From positions 1 to 64,000 of IMG/VR virus record IMGVR_UViG_3300032219_002765: a stretch of DNA of 64,000 nt, one strand, 5' to 3'. Shown here piece after piece: positions 9,483 through 18,871 of this stretch. Origin of the DNA: a virus (Duplodnaviria; Caudoviricetes). Position numbers and translations under genes: made by a program. How positions within the stretch are numbered: the stretch's first letter is position 1; every line of letters starts with the position of its first letter. The notes beneath the pieces are model-generated. The model was not told the origin of the DNA and did not search any database. It was given only the letters and a program-made list of their open reading frames with translations.

Positions 9483-9569
9483 TTGCTTGAGCTAGCTATC
9501 TAAAGTCTAGCTCTAGCAGATTGCTTGGAGAAAAAGCTTGGTACCCTAATTTTTTTTAATATTTATTTA

Positions 9570-9818
9570 CTACCAAGCTTTGCAGGACCAATAACCTGGC
9601 GTTAACTTGCTTTTTTTCTCGTCGCAACTGTGGCGGGAACGAAACGCACGCTTGCGATCAGGGTCATCGCTTTTGTTTTCCATATTAGGGTCACCAAAGC
9701 GCACTAAACGCACAGTATCGCCTTCTTTTGCCGCCACGGAAAACTCTTTACCGCTTTGAACGTCTCGTTTGGGTTGGTTATACCCCTTAAAAATTTCACC
9801 AGCTAATCGAATCGTCAT
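9570..9818 (-). CDS. conserved basic phage protein
   Basis: VRFGDPNM...RKRAFRSRHSCD...TPGYWSCKAW signature widespread in aquatic phages. Confidence 0.7.
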   Translation of the reverse strand: MTIRLAGEIFKGYNQPKRDVQSGKEFSVAAKEGDTVRLVRFGDPNMENKSDDPDRKRAFRSRHSCDEKKSKLTPGYWSCKAW

Positions 9819-9946
9819 GAGTTCAACCCGTACACCTAGATACTAGCTGATCGAAATCTTAAGACCACATTTGAGCTACGATATTTCGTTGCTCATACAG
9901 CAAATAGAGTTAATATACATCCGTTACATTTTTTTCCGCGTACACA

Positions 9947-10216
9947 ATGTCGGACGGTAAAGCCCTTCTTACCATCGCCGAAACTGCTGAACTACTTAAT
10001 TGCAGTTCTGGTTTTGTGCGGAAACGTATTGCTCTGTCGGAAGCCAATCAGCCCGGTGGCTGGCCCAAGACTGTTTACGTTAACTTGCAGCCTAATGGCG
10101 CTAAATCTCTGTATCGAGTAAACAAAAACGCTCTTGAAGAATATCTTCAGAGCACCTCTAACGCTAAAGTAGAAACAGAAGAGTCTGCACCCGAACTGGC
10201 AGTTTGTTCTTTCTAA
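9947..10216 (+). CDS. excisionase-like HTH DNA-binding protein
   Basis: LLTIAETAELLNCSSGFVRKRI...LYRVNKNALEEYL. Confidence 0.7.
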   Translation: MSDGKALLTIAETAELLNCSSGFVRKRIALSEANQPGGWPKTVYVNLQPNGAKSLYRVNKNALEEYLQSTSNAKVETEESAPELAVCSF

Positions 10217-10219
10217 ACA

Positions 10220-10753
10220 ATGACGTATTCCGGCTCCTTTGAATCCACACCGCAGCCTGCTGATATGCAGGAAATGCCGGCTCTAGAGGAGCGGGAAGCG
10301 GCACCCAAGGCATCAGTCGAGGAGTTAATCCAAGAGCTGGTGTCTTTGGGTTCCTACGTGAATCAATTGTATCTTCAATCGCATTTAATTCACTTAAATG
10401 TTGAAGGACCTTTATTTCTATCTATTCATAAATTTTTAAACGATCAATATAATGATCACATTGAGCAGTTTGATACTATCGGCGAATTTGTTCGTTCGAT
10501 GGACTATCTAATGCCTATGTGTGCTTGTGGGTTAGCTGAAGCATACAGAGGTTTTAACAACGTAAAGTCTTACGAAGCTCGCGAGATGCTGACAGTATAT
10601 TTAAAAAATCTTGAACTTGGCGGTATGGCCGCAAAAGCTGTCGGTTGTCTCGCTAAAGAAGTTGAAGCACCCGACGTAGAAAATTATATGGCTGATCTTG
10701 TTAAAGCTATGTTTAAAGCTGCGTGGTTCCTAAAAGCAACTCTACGAGGTTAA
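10220..10753 (+). CDS. dps: Dps/ferritin-like protein
   Basis: HLNVEGPLFLSIHKFLNDQY...FDTIGEFVR matches Dps HWNVxG..F..LH...Y.....D.IAER. Confidence 0.75.
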   Translation: MTYSGSFESTPQPADMQEMPALEEREAAPKASVEELIQELVSLGSYVNQLYLQSHLIHLNVEGPLFLSIHKFLNDQYNDHIEQFDTIGEFVRSMDYLMPMCACGLAEAYRGFNNVKSYEAREMLTVYLKNLELGGMAAKAVGCLAKEVEAPDVENYMADLVKAMFKAAWFLKATLRG

Positions 10754-11394
10754 ACCAGCAACCACGTATTAGTTGCTCTGACATACATTCCGGCAGCAAA
10801 AGCACCCGAAGATTGTACTTGGTAGTACAAAGAACCTGAAGGTTGAGTTGTCGGAGAAGGAAGGCCGCTAAGGACAACAGTAGATCCTTGAATAACTCCA
10901 GAAGCCAAGATTGCTCCTGATGCAAGAGTCGCACTACGGGCAGTAATGGCACCTGAGGCCAAAATAGTACCTGACGACAAAGTTGCAGTTAAAGCTCCGG
11001 AAGCCACGATTGTTCCTGATGCAATAAGAGCTGATCCAGCTTGTATTGCAAACGTAGCTGTAGCTGCAGCAGCGGTATCAGCAAAACCTGCACTAATTTT
11101 GGACCACGTTGATCCAGTCCAAACTTTTAGATAATAATCTGTCGTTGAACTATCGGTCCAAAGTTCACCCGTGGAATTACCCGGCAAACCAGCCGGAGTT
11201 GAGTTAGGTGCTGTCGCTGCGTAACTACTGGGGCCGATTTTTCGAACAGCACCAACAGAATCTTCAAAATAAAGACCAGGATCTGTTGCACCGAAACAAA
11301 GCGCTAATTCTCCGCCCTGTAAAATAGTGCCACTGGGTCTATCCGAGGATAAACCGGATCGCTTTGAAAGCAGGATAACAGGTGTTGATGTCAT
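10750..11394 (-). CDS. tail fibre-type virion protein
   Basis: KRSGLSSDRP...GELALCFGATDPGLYFED fibre N-domain; GELWTDS...LKVWTG; ASG repeats. Confidence 0.65.
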   Translation of the reverse strand: MTSTPVILLSKRSGLSSDRPSGTILQGGELALCFGATDPGLYFEDSVGAVRKIGPSSYAATAPNSTPAGLPGNSTGELWTDSSTTDYYLKVWTGSTWSKISAGFADTAAAATATFAIQAGSALIASGTIVASGALTATLSSGTILASGAITARSATLASGAILASGVIQGSTVVLSGLPSPTTQPSGSLYYQVQSSGAFAAGMYVRATNTWLLV

Positions 11395-12923
11395 TAATAA
11401 ATACCTCCGTTAAGGGAATAAGCTGCTGGTGGAATTTGAGTGCCGTTTCTATAAGTAGACCCGTCCAGTATATTAACAGGCTCAAGTACGGGATTTGCGT
11501 TTAAATAAGTACCGCCATCATAAACAAGAAGATTTTCAAAATTAACAGGGGCAAACGGATCATATTCAGGAATTGTAAACATCTCAAAATTTTGAGGGTA
11601 CATCTCACTCACAGTTTCTAATCCGCCAACATTTAATGTTTTCGTCATCATGTTATACATATCCGGATACGTGATCCGAGCAGGCATGTCATTTATCGTG
11701 GGGCTATACCGTTGCCACCACACAAGATCTTTTTCCCTTTTTAAAAATTCAAATTGTTTTTTTAAATCTATGTCAAATTTTTCACGATAATATTCGTTCA
11801 TAGGCTCATCATTAGGCTGGTGTAGCCACGGTTGAGTTGCGTTGCCTTGGTTATATCTAATTTGCATATCCCACATAGCCGCGTAAATATGTTTACACCA
11901 TTTAGGTTGGTAGTAATAAAGATTTGGATCTGAATAACTTTGCTCACTAACAGAAGGAATATTGTAAATTTGACGCAAATAAATAAAACCAAATGCGCGT
12001 GCATACCCAGGATTATCTTGAGCATCAACTAAACGGGTAGTTTGATCAGGACCGGCATCATAAAATCCCGGATCTAAATTTTGTACGCGAGTAAAAGGGT
12101 AACGGTTTCGTAAAGAAAGGTCATATAAGTTAAAATTTTCCCTATTTAAAAAGTCAGGGCATGTGCACTGAGTACGCATTTCAGTCGTAAAATACTCTCC
12201 TACTAACGGTGGTCCTGTAGCCGGAACTGCCAATGTGGTCGCGTCAACCACGCTCCAACTGTTATCCGCCGTAACGGAAATAAACAAGGTATTAAAAATA
12301 GGCGCGTAACTAGGTGTTCGCGGTACGTTATTAACACCTACGGCGGTAACGGTGTAATTGTTATATCCGTATTGTTTTTCGGTACCATCTGCATTAAACC
12401 TATTAGATAGAACTTCCCCAGTAAATAAAGAAATAGGTGCACCAAATCGAGTATTTAATTGAACTGCATAAGTGGAATCGTTGTATTTAGTTACAGCTGA
12501 AATTGCGTACCCAAAATTCAAAAAATTAAAAGAATCTCGCGGACGTACCCCAACCATCCACATACGCATATCCGCACGGGTAGACGGATACATAAAACAA
12601 GCACCTGGCACATAAGCGCCAGCACCAATAGTTCCTGTTGGAAAGTATTTAAACGAATACGTAAGGCCGTCATAAGCCTGCTGCGAATACATACTAAGTT
12701 CATATCCACGACGCCAACGAGCCCAAAGTGACACATAATCGTACTCACTTAAAAGACTGAAATTTTTTGTACCTGTAGCCGGCCTAAATCTTCTTTTAAA
12801 AGGAAGCGGAGTTATAAGTTCACGTGGATTATCCGAACCTCTAATTGTGCGCGGCTGTTCTACAGACTTATTAGCCTTGTAGCTATTGAATCCAAAATTA
12901 TCAGATCCTTTTTTCCGCGCCAC
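11394..12923 (-). CDS. SWIM-type Zn-finger protein in structural block
   Basis: QCTCPDF and WCKHIYAA separated by a long insert. Confidence 0.55.
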   Translation of the reverse strand: MARKKGSDNFGFNSYKANKSVEQPRTIRGSDNPRELITPLPFKRRFRPATGTKNFSLLSEYDYVSLWARWRRGYELSMYSQQAYDGLTYSFKYFPTGTIGAGAYVPGACFMYPSTRADMRMWMVGVRPRDSFNFLNFGYAISAVTKYNDSTYAVQLNTRFGAPISLFTGEVLSNRFNADGTEKQYGYNNYTVTAVGVNNVPRTPSYAPIFNTLFISVTADNSWSVVDATTLAVPATGPPLVGEYFTTEMRTQCTCPDFLNRENFNLYDLSLRNRYPFTRVQNLDPGFYDAGPDQTTRLVDAQDNPGYARAFGFIYLRQIYNIPSVSEQSYSDPNLYYYQPKWCKHIYAAMWDMQIRYNQGNATQPWLHQPNDEPMNEYYREKFDIDLKKQFEFLKREKDLVWWQRYSPTINDMPARITYPDMYNMMTKTLNVGGLETVSEMYPQNFEMFTIPEYDPFAPVNFENLLVYDGGTYLNANPVLEPVNILDGSTYRNGTQIPPAAYSLNGGIY

Positions 12924-12925
12924 GA

Positions 12926-13492
12926 TTAATAAAAACCGCCTTGAGCCCAGATTGTAACTCCAGAAGAGCTTAAACCACCCGAAACAGAAGCAGCTCCATT
13001 ACCGATATATCCAGCACACAAGATATAACCTTTCTCCAAATAAAGACCTTCACCTTTACCAATTTGGATAGGAGCCACGATGTTCGTATCTCCTACTTGC
13101 GGCACAGGCGCGTTAACAGCAAAAAGTTGTACCGGCAAAGGATACCCGTAGGTGCCTCCGCTTAAACCAACTTCAAAACGACCAACCATTAAGGCAGCTG
13201 AAGTTGAAGGTGCTGATTGATTCGGAGCATAAACATAGAGCGCAATATCAGCACTACGAACTCCAGATCTATCTGGATAATTTTCGTTGCTAACGATGGT
13301 GATATCTTCAACCAAAGCAGCGTCTTCTGAAGGAAGATCACCAACACGAACTAACTGAATTAAGTCCGTTAAATTCGGATTGGTAGGATCACAACGACCA
13401 GTGCTAGCTGTAATTCGCGCCCCACGCAGGAAAGGGCGGTCGATTAAGCAGGGTTGCTTGTTTGTACTAGTACTAGCTATTTTACTAAACAC
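12926..13492 (-). CDS. hypothetical virion structural protein
   Basis: ORF track; beta-rich; structural context. Confidence 0.5.
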   Translation of the reverse strand: MFSKIASTSTNKQPCLIDRPFLRGARITASTGRCDPTNPNLTDLIQLVRVGDLPSEDAALVEDITIVSNENYPDRSGVRSADIALYVYAPNQSAPSTSAALMVGRFEVGLSGGTYGYPLPVQLFAVNAPVPQVGDTNIVAPIQIGKGEGLYLEKGYILCAGYIGNGAASVSGGLSSSGVTIWAQGGFY

Positions 13493-13569
13493 CCTGTCTT
13501 TGGAAAATTGACAGGGGCCTCCAAAAAACTTCTTTTATTCTAATGGCACAAGTTAAATTTGCGCCTTAG

Positions 13570-13995
13570 TTAGTTAATAATAATACGAGGTTCAATTTTA
13601 TATTTGTCAGGGTTAGTTTTCATATCTGTTTTCAAGGTTTCAATATCAGGATTACTTTCAGCCTGAGTTTTAGAAATAATAGATGAAATCAAATTAGTTA
13701 GAAACTGATCCTGATCATTATTTTGTAAATAATTTCCTAATCCCATACCGGCCATGGGGATAGGAGCTTCGCCGCGAATGCCGCGAATAAGATTTCCTAC
13801 ACCGCCCATAAGGCCGCCAAGAGCATTTCCGGCACCCTTCCAGTCAAAGGGTTTTGGAGCTGCAGAAGCACTGACTGAATTAATTGCAGTCCTTAATTCA
13901 GATGAAACAGGTCTTCCGTAAGCAGAACCATCAGACGGCGGCAGAACACCAGATTGCGTGTAATACTGCGGATCAGTTACAGAACCCATGATCAA
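13570..13995 (-). CDS. hypothetical protein, ejection/pilot-like
   Basis: GAGNALGGLMGGVGNLIRG glycine-rich amphipathic segment. Confidence 0.45.
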   Translation of the reverse strand: MIMGSVTDPQYYTQSGVLPPSDGSAYGRPVSSELRTAINSVSASAAPKPFDWKGAGNALGGLMGGVGNLIRGIRGEAPIPMAGMGLGNYLQNNDQDQFLTNLISSIISKTQAESNPDIETLKTDMKTNPDKYKIEPRIIIN

Positions 13996-14023
13996 TACTC
14001 AACTGTGGTTATTGTAGGGGATT

Positions 14024-15529
14024 TTAGCGGTAATTAAATGCCCGTTCGTTAGCTTCGGGAGTTGAATAGTGATTAATAAGCTCAAGTAACTGAGGTGTGA
14101 GAGCATCACGCATATCAGCAGCACCTTGAGTGGCGTTATAAGCTGATTGACCTGCGCTTTGAGCACTGCCAATAGCGTTATTTGGGTTGTTAGTACCCAT
14201 AGAAGTTCCAATTACAACTTGCTTATTTGGAACAGTCTGTTGACTAGGCAGTTTACGATTACCTAATTGTTTCTCTAGTAATTCATACGCAAGAGCAGGG
14301 TTAGATTCGGCCCAACGCATTAGATCATCGTTGTTAATAGCTCCCACACCAATAAGTTGATCAATAATTTGAGTTTTATTGGTATTAGCGTAAGCATCAC
14401 GTTCTGCAAAGTAACGCTGCATGGGGCTTGCTGCTGTTTTTGAACCAGAAGCGTATTGTTGCTTCATGGAACGTAACTCTTCGTTATCTCCTCGCGTAAC
14501 TGTAGGAGTTTGACGACCATCAACACCGCGATACTCGGGGGCGAGGATATCAACGCCGCTACCCGCTTGCATGGCGGCAGCTGCGGCAGCTACAGCTTGT
14601 TGCTGATTCTGAACTCCCGGATCATTAAACGCACCTGTAGTAGGGGTTGCAGTAACAGGACCCATGGAAGTTTCCACGGGTTGTTCTTGACCGCCGCCAC
14701 CCATATTGCGAGCGATTAAACCGGCACCCAAACCGACACCGCCAGCGCCCAGAAAATAAGGAGCTAGTTTGCTTAAAGCACTCAGATCCATCTGCTTTAA
14801 ACCGCCTGCTGCATTATTTATTTGGCTAGATACAGCACTTAAATCATTTGGATTAAAATTCTGTTCTACTGTTCCCAAATCGCGAATATCAACGGGGGAG
14901 ATAGACTGTCGGCCTAAAGAACCACCGGGGGAGGGCACTAAATCACCGCCTCTAACATAAAGATCGCCCCGACCGTATCCAGGTGGGACAGGAGGTTGAT
15001 TCCCGCCAGCAAAACGTTGGGGCATTGCTTCGCGAGCAATTCCGTACTGACCTGTGAAGGGATCAGGTTCAGTAAATAATGAACGTTGTGAAGGATTTGG
15101 ACCAGGAATCGAAGGAGTTTCTAAAATATTACGCGCCGAAGGGCCGGGTAAGTCACCTTCGATGACTCGACCCGTATAAGAAGTACCTGTACCACGAGTG
15201 GGTTGAGGTGCTTGACCAGGACCCCAAAAACGACCTTGATCGTTGCGTAACTCTAACCTTTGTTGGAATGCAGCAGGTTCCGGTGCTCGCTGAGGTGATC
15301 CGATATATTGACCGCTCTGAGGCCGAGGAGCAGTAGCACCACGCAGCATGGGAACTTGACTATCCGCAGCCCGCATAAGAGGACCGGGTTGAGCCCGCCG
15401 AGAAAGAGCACCGACAGCTTCAAGTCCTTCGCGGGCCATTCCTTGTGCGGGCTTTAAAATCCCACTTTGTACCAACCCTTTACCAAAAACTTGAAGTAAT
15501 TGAAGTAACTGGGGGTTTTTCTGGTTCAC
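14024..15529 (-). CDS. putative internal virion/ejection protein
   Basis: 501 aa, low complexity P/G/Q/A; hydrophobic LGAGGVGLGAGLIA segment. Confidence 0.5.
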   Translation of the reverse strand: MNQKNPQLLQLLQVFGKGLVQSGILKPAQGMAREGLEAVGALSRRAQPGPLMRAADSQVPMLRGATAPRPQSGQYIGSPQRAPEPAAFQQRLELRNDQGRFWGPGQAPQPTRGTGTSYTGRVIEGDLPGPSARNILETPSIPGPNPSQRSLFTEPDPFTGQYGIAREAMPQRFAGGNQPPVPPGYGRGDLYVRGGDLVPSPGGSLGRQSISPVDIRDLGTVEQNFNPNDLSAVSSQINNAAGGLKQMDLSALSKLAPYFLGAGGVGLGAGLIARNMGGGGQEQPVETSMGPVTATPTTGAFNDPGVQNQQQAVAAAAAAMQAGSGVDILAPEYRGVDGRQTPTVTRGDNEELRSMKQQYASGSKTAASPMQRYFAERDAYANTNKTQIIDQLIGVGAINNDDLMRWAESNPALAYELLEKQLGNRKLPSQQTVPNKQVVIGTSMGTNNPNNAIGSAQSAGQSAYNATQGAADMRDALTPQLLELINHYSTPEANERAFNYR

Positions 15530-15564
15530 AAAACTAATGCTCAGTCCTTACATAACTATAGCTT

Positions 15565-16185
15565 TTATCGCCAATTTGCGTAGAAATACAATCTATCTGC
15601 CCGCGAAACATCGGGAGGTCCAGGAATAGCTTGAATAAATTCACCGCCACTCCGTTCAAACCGATACCGAGCTGCCACGGGGTCACGGTAATTAGGAATA
15701 TAAAGCATGTGCGCCAGACGATCGCACTCATAGAGATAATTTTCTCGCCAGATTCGAGCAGTTTCTCTTTTATCTTGAATATTAATTGAACGGCTAACGT
15801 CGCCCAAAATTGTTTCTTGACGGCTCGATGCTCGTCCGGTTGCAAGTTCAGTTAAACGCTCAGCTTCTTCGCAACGTTCAATTTGCTGAACAATTTTGTC
15901 GTAATAAAATTCGCTGGGAATAGCGTTACTAGCTTCCATTAAACGGGCATAATCACCCGCTGGAACGGTGGCAATATTGTATCCGAGGTGATATGCAACG
16001 CGACTAAAGTTAAAGTCATCTAAACGGTACCCAAAAACCTGAGCAGGATTCCTGGATAATTGATTTATTGCAGCGTAAACAACTTCCCTTTTAGTAGCAT
16101 CTGTCGTGTCAGGTTGAAAAACAACCCCCTGACCGGACAAATAACTCTGAATTTGTTCTAGCTCTTGCTGGGTTAACTGAGCCAT
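15565..16185 (-). CDS. conserved virion morphogenesis protein (head-tail adaptor candidate)
   Basis: Helical 206 aa protein just downstream of the capsid genes; role inferred from position only. Confidence 0.4.
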   Translation of the reverse strand: MAQLTQQELEQIQSYLSGQGVVFQPDTTDATKREVVYAAINQLSRNPAQVFGYRLDDFNFSRVAYHLGYNIATVPAGDYARLMEASNAIPSEFYYDKIVQQIERCEEAERLTELATGRASSRQETILGDVSRSINIQDKRETARIWRENYLYECDRLAHMLYIPNYRDPVAARYRFERSGGEFIQAIPGPPDVSRADRLYFYANWR

Positions 16186-16265
16186 AGCAATATTTGACTA
16201 TGAACTTAGTCTAAATAAACCCTTTGGTTATATACGCTTTTAAAAAATAAAAAACTACTAATTAT

Positions 16266-16703
16266 TCACTCAACATAAACATGATCACCTTCTAAAACAG
16301 AATCCCAATCAACACGAGTAATAGATTTAAGTTGCTCTAGTTTTGTAAACCGTTCACCAGGCATAGACTGCTGCAATTCTTTAATTTCAGTAGCCGTTTT
16401 CAGTCCAACTCCTTTAAGAACTTGCGTCAGCAACTGAGGAGTGGCGCTATTGATGTTAACCCGGTTAAAAGCTTGAACTTCGGGCTTAACAATCTGCCTA
16501 CCACGGCGTTGTTTAACGTCTTTTGCTTCTAGTTCGGCTTCTTTAACAATCTCGTCAATTTGATTGCGATGTGCAAAAAAGACTTTCCCTGTAGTCAGGG
16601 ACTTTACCATTTTATACTCGCCCTCGTCGTGTTCACTCAACACTTCGACTTTTACACCATTAGGGGTGTAAGTAAATTCTTTAACGGTAACAGCAGTCAT
16701 CAT
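16266..16703 (-). CDS. helix-hairpin-helix (ComEA-like) protein
   Basis: RVNINSATPQLLTQVLKGVGLKTATEI...RFTKLEQL. Confidence 0.75.
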   Translation of the reverse strand: MMTAVTVKEFTYTPNGVKVEVLSEHDEGEYKMVKSLTTGKVFFAHRNQIDEIVKEAELEAKDVKQRRGRQIVKPEVQAFNRVNINSATPQLLTQVLKGVGLKTATEIKELQQSMPGERFTKLEQLKSITRVDWDSVLEGDHVYVE

Positions 16704-16740
16704 GTAGACAGTGCTCTGAGCTTATTTATAGCACGGATCA

Positions 16741-16768
16741 AAAGAAAAAACCCCCTCCGGAGAGGGGG
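16741..16768 (-). terminator. rho-independent terminator after the capsid genes
   Basis: CCCCCTC-loop-GAGGGGG stem followed by a T-run on the minus strand. Confidence 0.85.
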
Positions 16769-16792
16769 CTTGAACATTCCGCCTGAAGTTTA

Positions 16793-17656
16793 TCAGGAAG
16801 GAACAGTCGAGGTGTAAGCGTTGGACTCAATAAGACCAGCGGGCTGCAGAGCCAGATCATCACGCAGAGGTGCTTGGTCAGGAAGCAACCAGCAGACTTC
16901 GGCGATACCGAGAGCCTTGTTACGACCGGCAAGCTTGTTAGCACCAGCGCGGGGGTCATAGACACCAGAACCAAGACCAATACCGGAACCAGGAACGGTA
17001 GCGGTGCTGTAGAGACGATACTTAGTATCGGCTTTAACAGCTTGCATGTTGGCAGTGTTCCAGGCATCGCTGGAATTCCAGGAGCCGTTCTCGATGCGGT
17101 TGCTAGCGCCCACAAGGTTGGCAAAGAAACCGCTGGGGCTGGGAGCTGTGGTCAGACCTGAAGACAGGGCAGGACCAACGCCAAGAGCAGGAGCAGCTTG
17201 AGCACCAGCGATACCACTGGAGATCACGTCGCCGCCGTCAAGGCGAACGCTCACACGGTACACATAGGCACCAGAGGGAACGACGATACCGTCGGTGATG
17301 TCAGGGCGAACATCCTTATAAGCGTCAGGAGACGGAATAATGATGTCGGCAGCCCGGAACGGTTGGTTAGTGGAGTTCTGACCTGAACTGTAAGGTTGAG
17401 TGTAGTACTCAAGCTGGTTGGTGCTAGAGCTGGCCTGATAAGACAGGTCAACGTAGCCTACGGCTTGCTGGGCAACCCAGCCGGGACGGTAGACAACGCC
17501 AACGGGACCGCCAACAGGCTGATTGCTGTAGGTCTCGTTAGTGCCGTTCTCGTTCTGAAACGAGAAGCTGCTTTCGCTGTGCCAGTAGCGAAGAACATTG
17601 ACGTAGTTACCAGGATAAATCTTGGCAACTGCGATTTGCTGAGGGTTAGTAGCCAT
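16793..17656 (-). CDS. abundant capsid-associated protein (decoration/minor capsid)
   Basis: 17 nt after the MCP stop; AAGGAG SD; same C-ending codon bias as MCP; followed by terminator. Confidence 0.6.
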   Translation of the reverse strand: MATNPQQIAVAKIYPGNYVNVLRYWHSESSFSFQNENGTNETYSNQPVGGPVGVVYRPGWVAQQAVGYVDLSYQASSSTNQLEYYTQPYSSGQNSTNQPFRAADIIIPSPDAYKDVRPDITDGIVVPSGAYVYRVSVRLDGGDVISSGIAGAQAAPALGVGPALSSGLTTAPSPSGFFANLVGASNRIENGSWNSSDAWNTANMQAVKADTKYRLYSTATVPGSGIGLGSGVYDPRAGANKLAGRNKALGIAEVCWLLPDQAPLRDDLALQPAGLIESNAYTSTVPS

Positions 17657-17673
17657 CGTTAGTTATCTCCTTA

Positions 17674-18789
17674 TTAAACGTTAAAGGAGTAAGCGATGGT
17701 GGCGAAGTCAGCGTTCAGAAGTTCGAAACCTGCGTACAGGCTCCAAATCATCATGATGAAACGGCTGAAGTCGTCGTTATTGTTCAACAGAACTTGAGCA
17801 TTGTTACCGCCGATACCGACGCCAACAGCTTGAGGACCGAAGAACATACCAATGGCAGTGTCATAAGTGCCAGCGGTACCACCAATCGTTGCAGAAGCGG
17901 TTTGGGAAGGCATGTTGGTGGATTCGAAGAATCGCACACCTTCAAACACAAAACCGGTGGGCATAATCGGTTCGCCAGCCACGAAGGTGGCTTGACCGAA
18001 GCCCTGACCCATGTACAGCGCAGCGTTAGGCTGCATTGCGGACATGAGGGGGTTGATTTGACCGTTGCCGGGGTAACGAGCAACTTCGCGGAAGTCGCTG
18101 TTCTGGCGCAGGTGCATCAGGAAGGTGGGGTCCACCACGGCGCGGTAGAAACCGTCCTGATAAGTAGGAGTGTTGCGCTTGCGCAGGCTCTTCACCACGC
18201 GCAGCAAGTCATCCTTAACGTCGAACTTAGCTTGTTCGGCGTTGGTGTAGGTAAGACCACCAACGGCAAGGTTGCCGGGGTAGTAGTAACCACCTTGGGA
18301 GTCAGAAGACTGACCTTTCGAAACAGCTTTCAGGAGTTCATTGATGAACACCCGATCGCGCCAACGACGATAATCGTCGAGCAGCGTCAGTGAGCCGATC
18401 GATTGGTGGAAAGCAGTCAGGTTGCCGGTATCCAGCAGAAGACGCTGCGCGGTGATCAGAGTCTCGCGAGCAATCTTAAAGGTGCTGGGCTGAGTCGGAT
18501 CACTGGGATCTGCAGGGCCGGTGTACTCACGAAGAGTCACCAGCACCTTGTCCTTGACAATGTTCCGACTATTAGCTGTGCCGATTGTTTGTTCGGCGGT
18601 CCGTTCGCGGGACTCCTTAGAGCCAGGGTTTCCCCAGAAGCGATAACGGTCAAGCTGCACAGTCTGGCCGGGTTGTTTCGAAAAATCGTGAACAACCACG
18701 GGTTCAGCCGCCATTTCTACGATATACGCAGGATGGGGACGGTAGAGTTCCGCACCAAGCAGCTTTGGAAAATCGTTGTCAACGAACAT
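17674..18789 (-). CDS. major capsid protein (N4-gp56-like)
   Basis: 371 aa, MFVDNDFPKLLGAELYRPHP...QPGQTVQLDRY; downstream of portal and scaffold; strong codon bias. Confidence 0.8.
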   Translation of the reverse strand: MFVDNDFPKLLGAELYRPHPAYIVEMAAEPVVVHDFSKQPGQTVQLDRYRFWGNPGSKESRERTAEQTIGTANSRNIVKDKVLVTLREYTGPADPSDPTQPSTFKIARETLITAQRLLLDTGNLTAFHQSIGSLTLLDDYRRWRDRVFINELLKAVSKGQSSDSQGGYYYPGNLAVGGLTYTNAEQAKFDVKDDLLRVVKSLRKRNTPTYQDGFYRAVVDPTFLMHLRQNSDFREVARYPGNGQINPLMSAMQPNAALYMGQGFGQATFVAGEPIMPTGFVFEGVRFFESTNMPSQTASATIGGTAGTYDTAIGMFFGPQAVGVGIGGNNAQVLLNNNDDFSRFIMMIWSLYAGFELLNADFATIAYSFNV

Positions 18790-18871
18790 GCGCTGACGAC
18801 CTCCAAAATACTACAAAGTAATAATAAGGGAAATTAATAACAACAGCACACCGTTTGTCGCATTTATAGCG

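Noticed and set aside
17656-17690. T7-like frameshift or readthrough fusing MCP to the 287-aa gene
   Set aside because: The downstream ATG is in the -1 frame, but that frame has a TAA in the spacer; MCP ends TAA TAA and the next gene has its own AAGGAG SD
16738-18837. Long antisense or alternative-frame ORFs over the capsid genes (e.g. 16874..17161, 17794..18393, 18403..18837)
   Set aside because: Expected shadows of strongly codon-biased genes; no starts, leaders or motifs of their own
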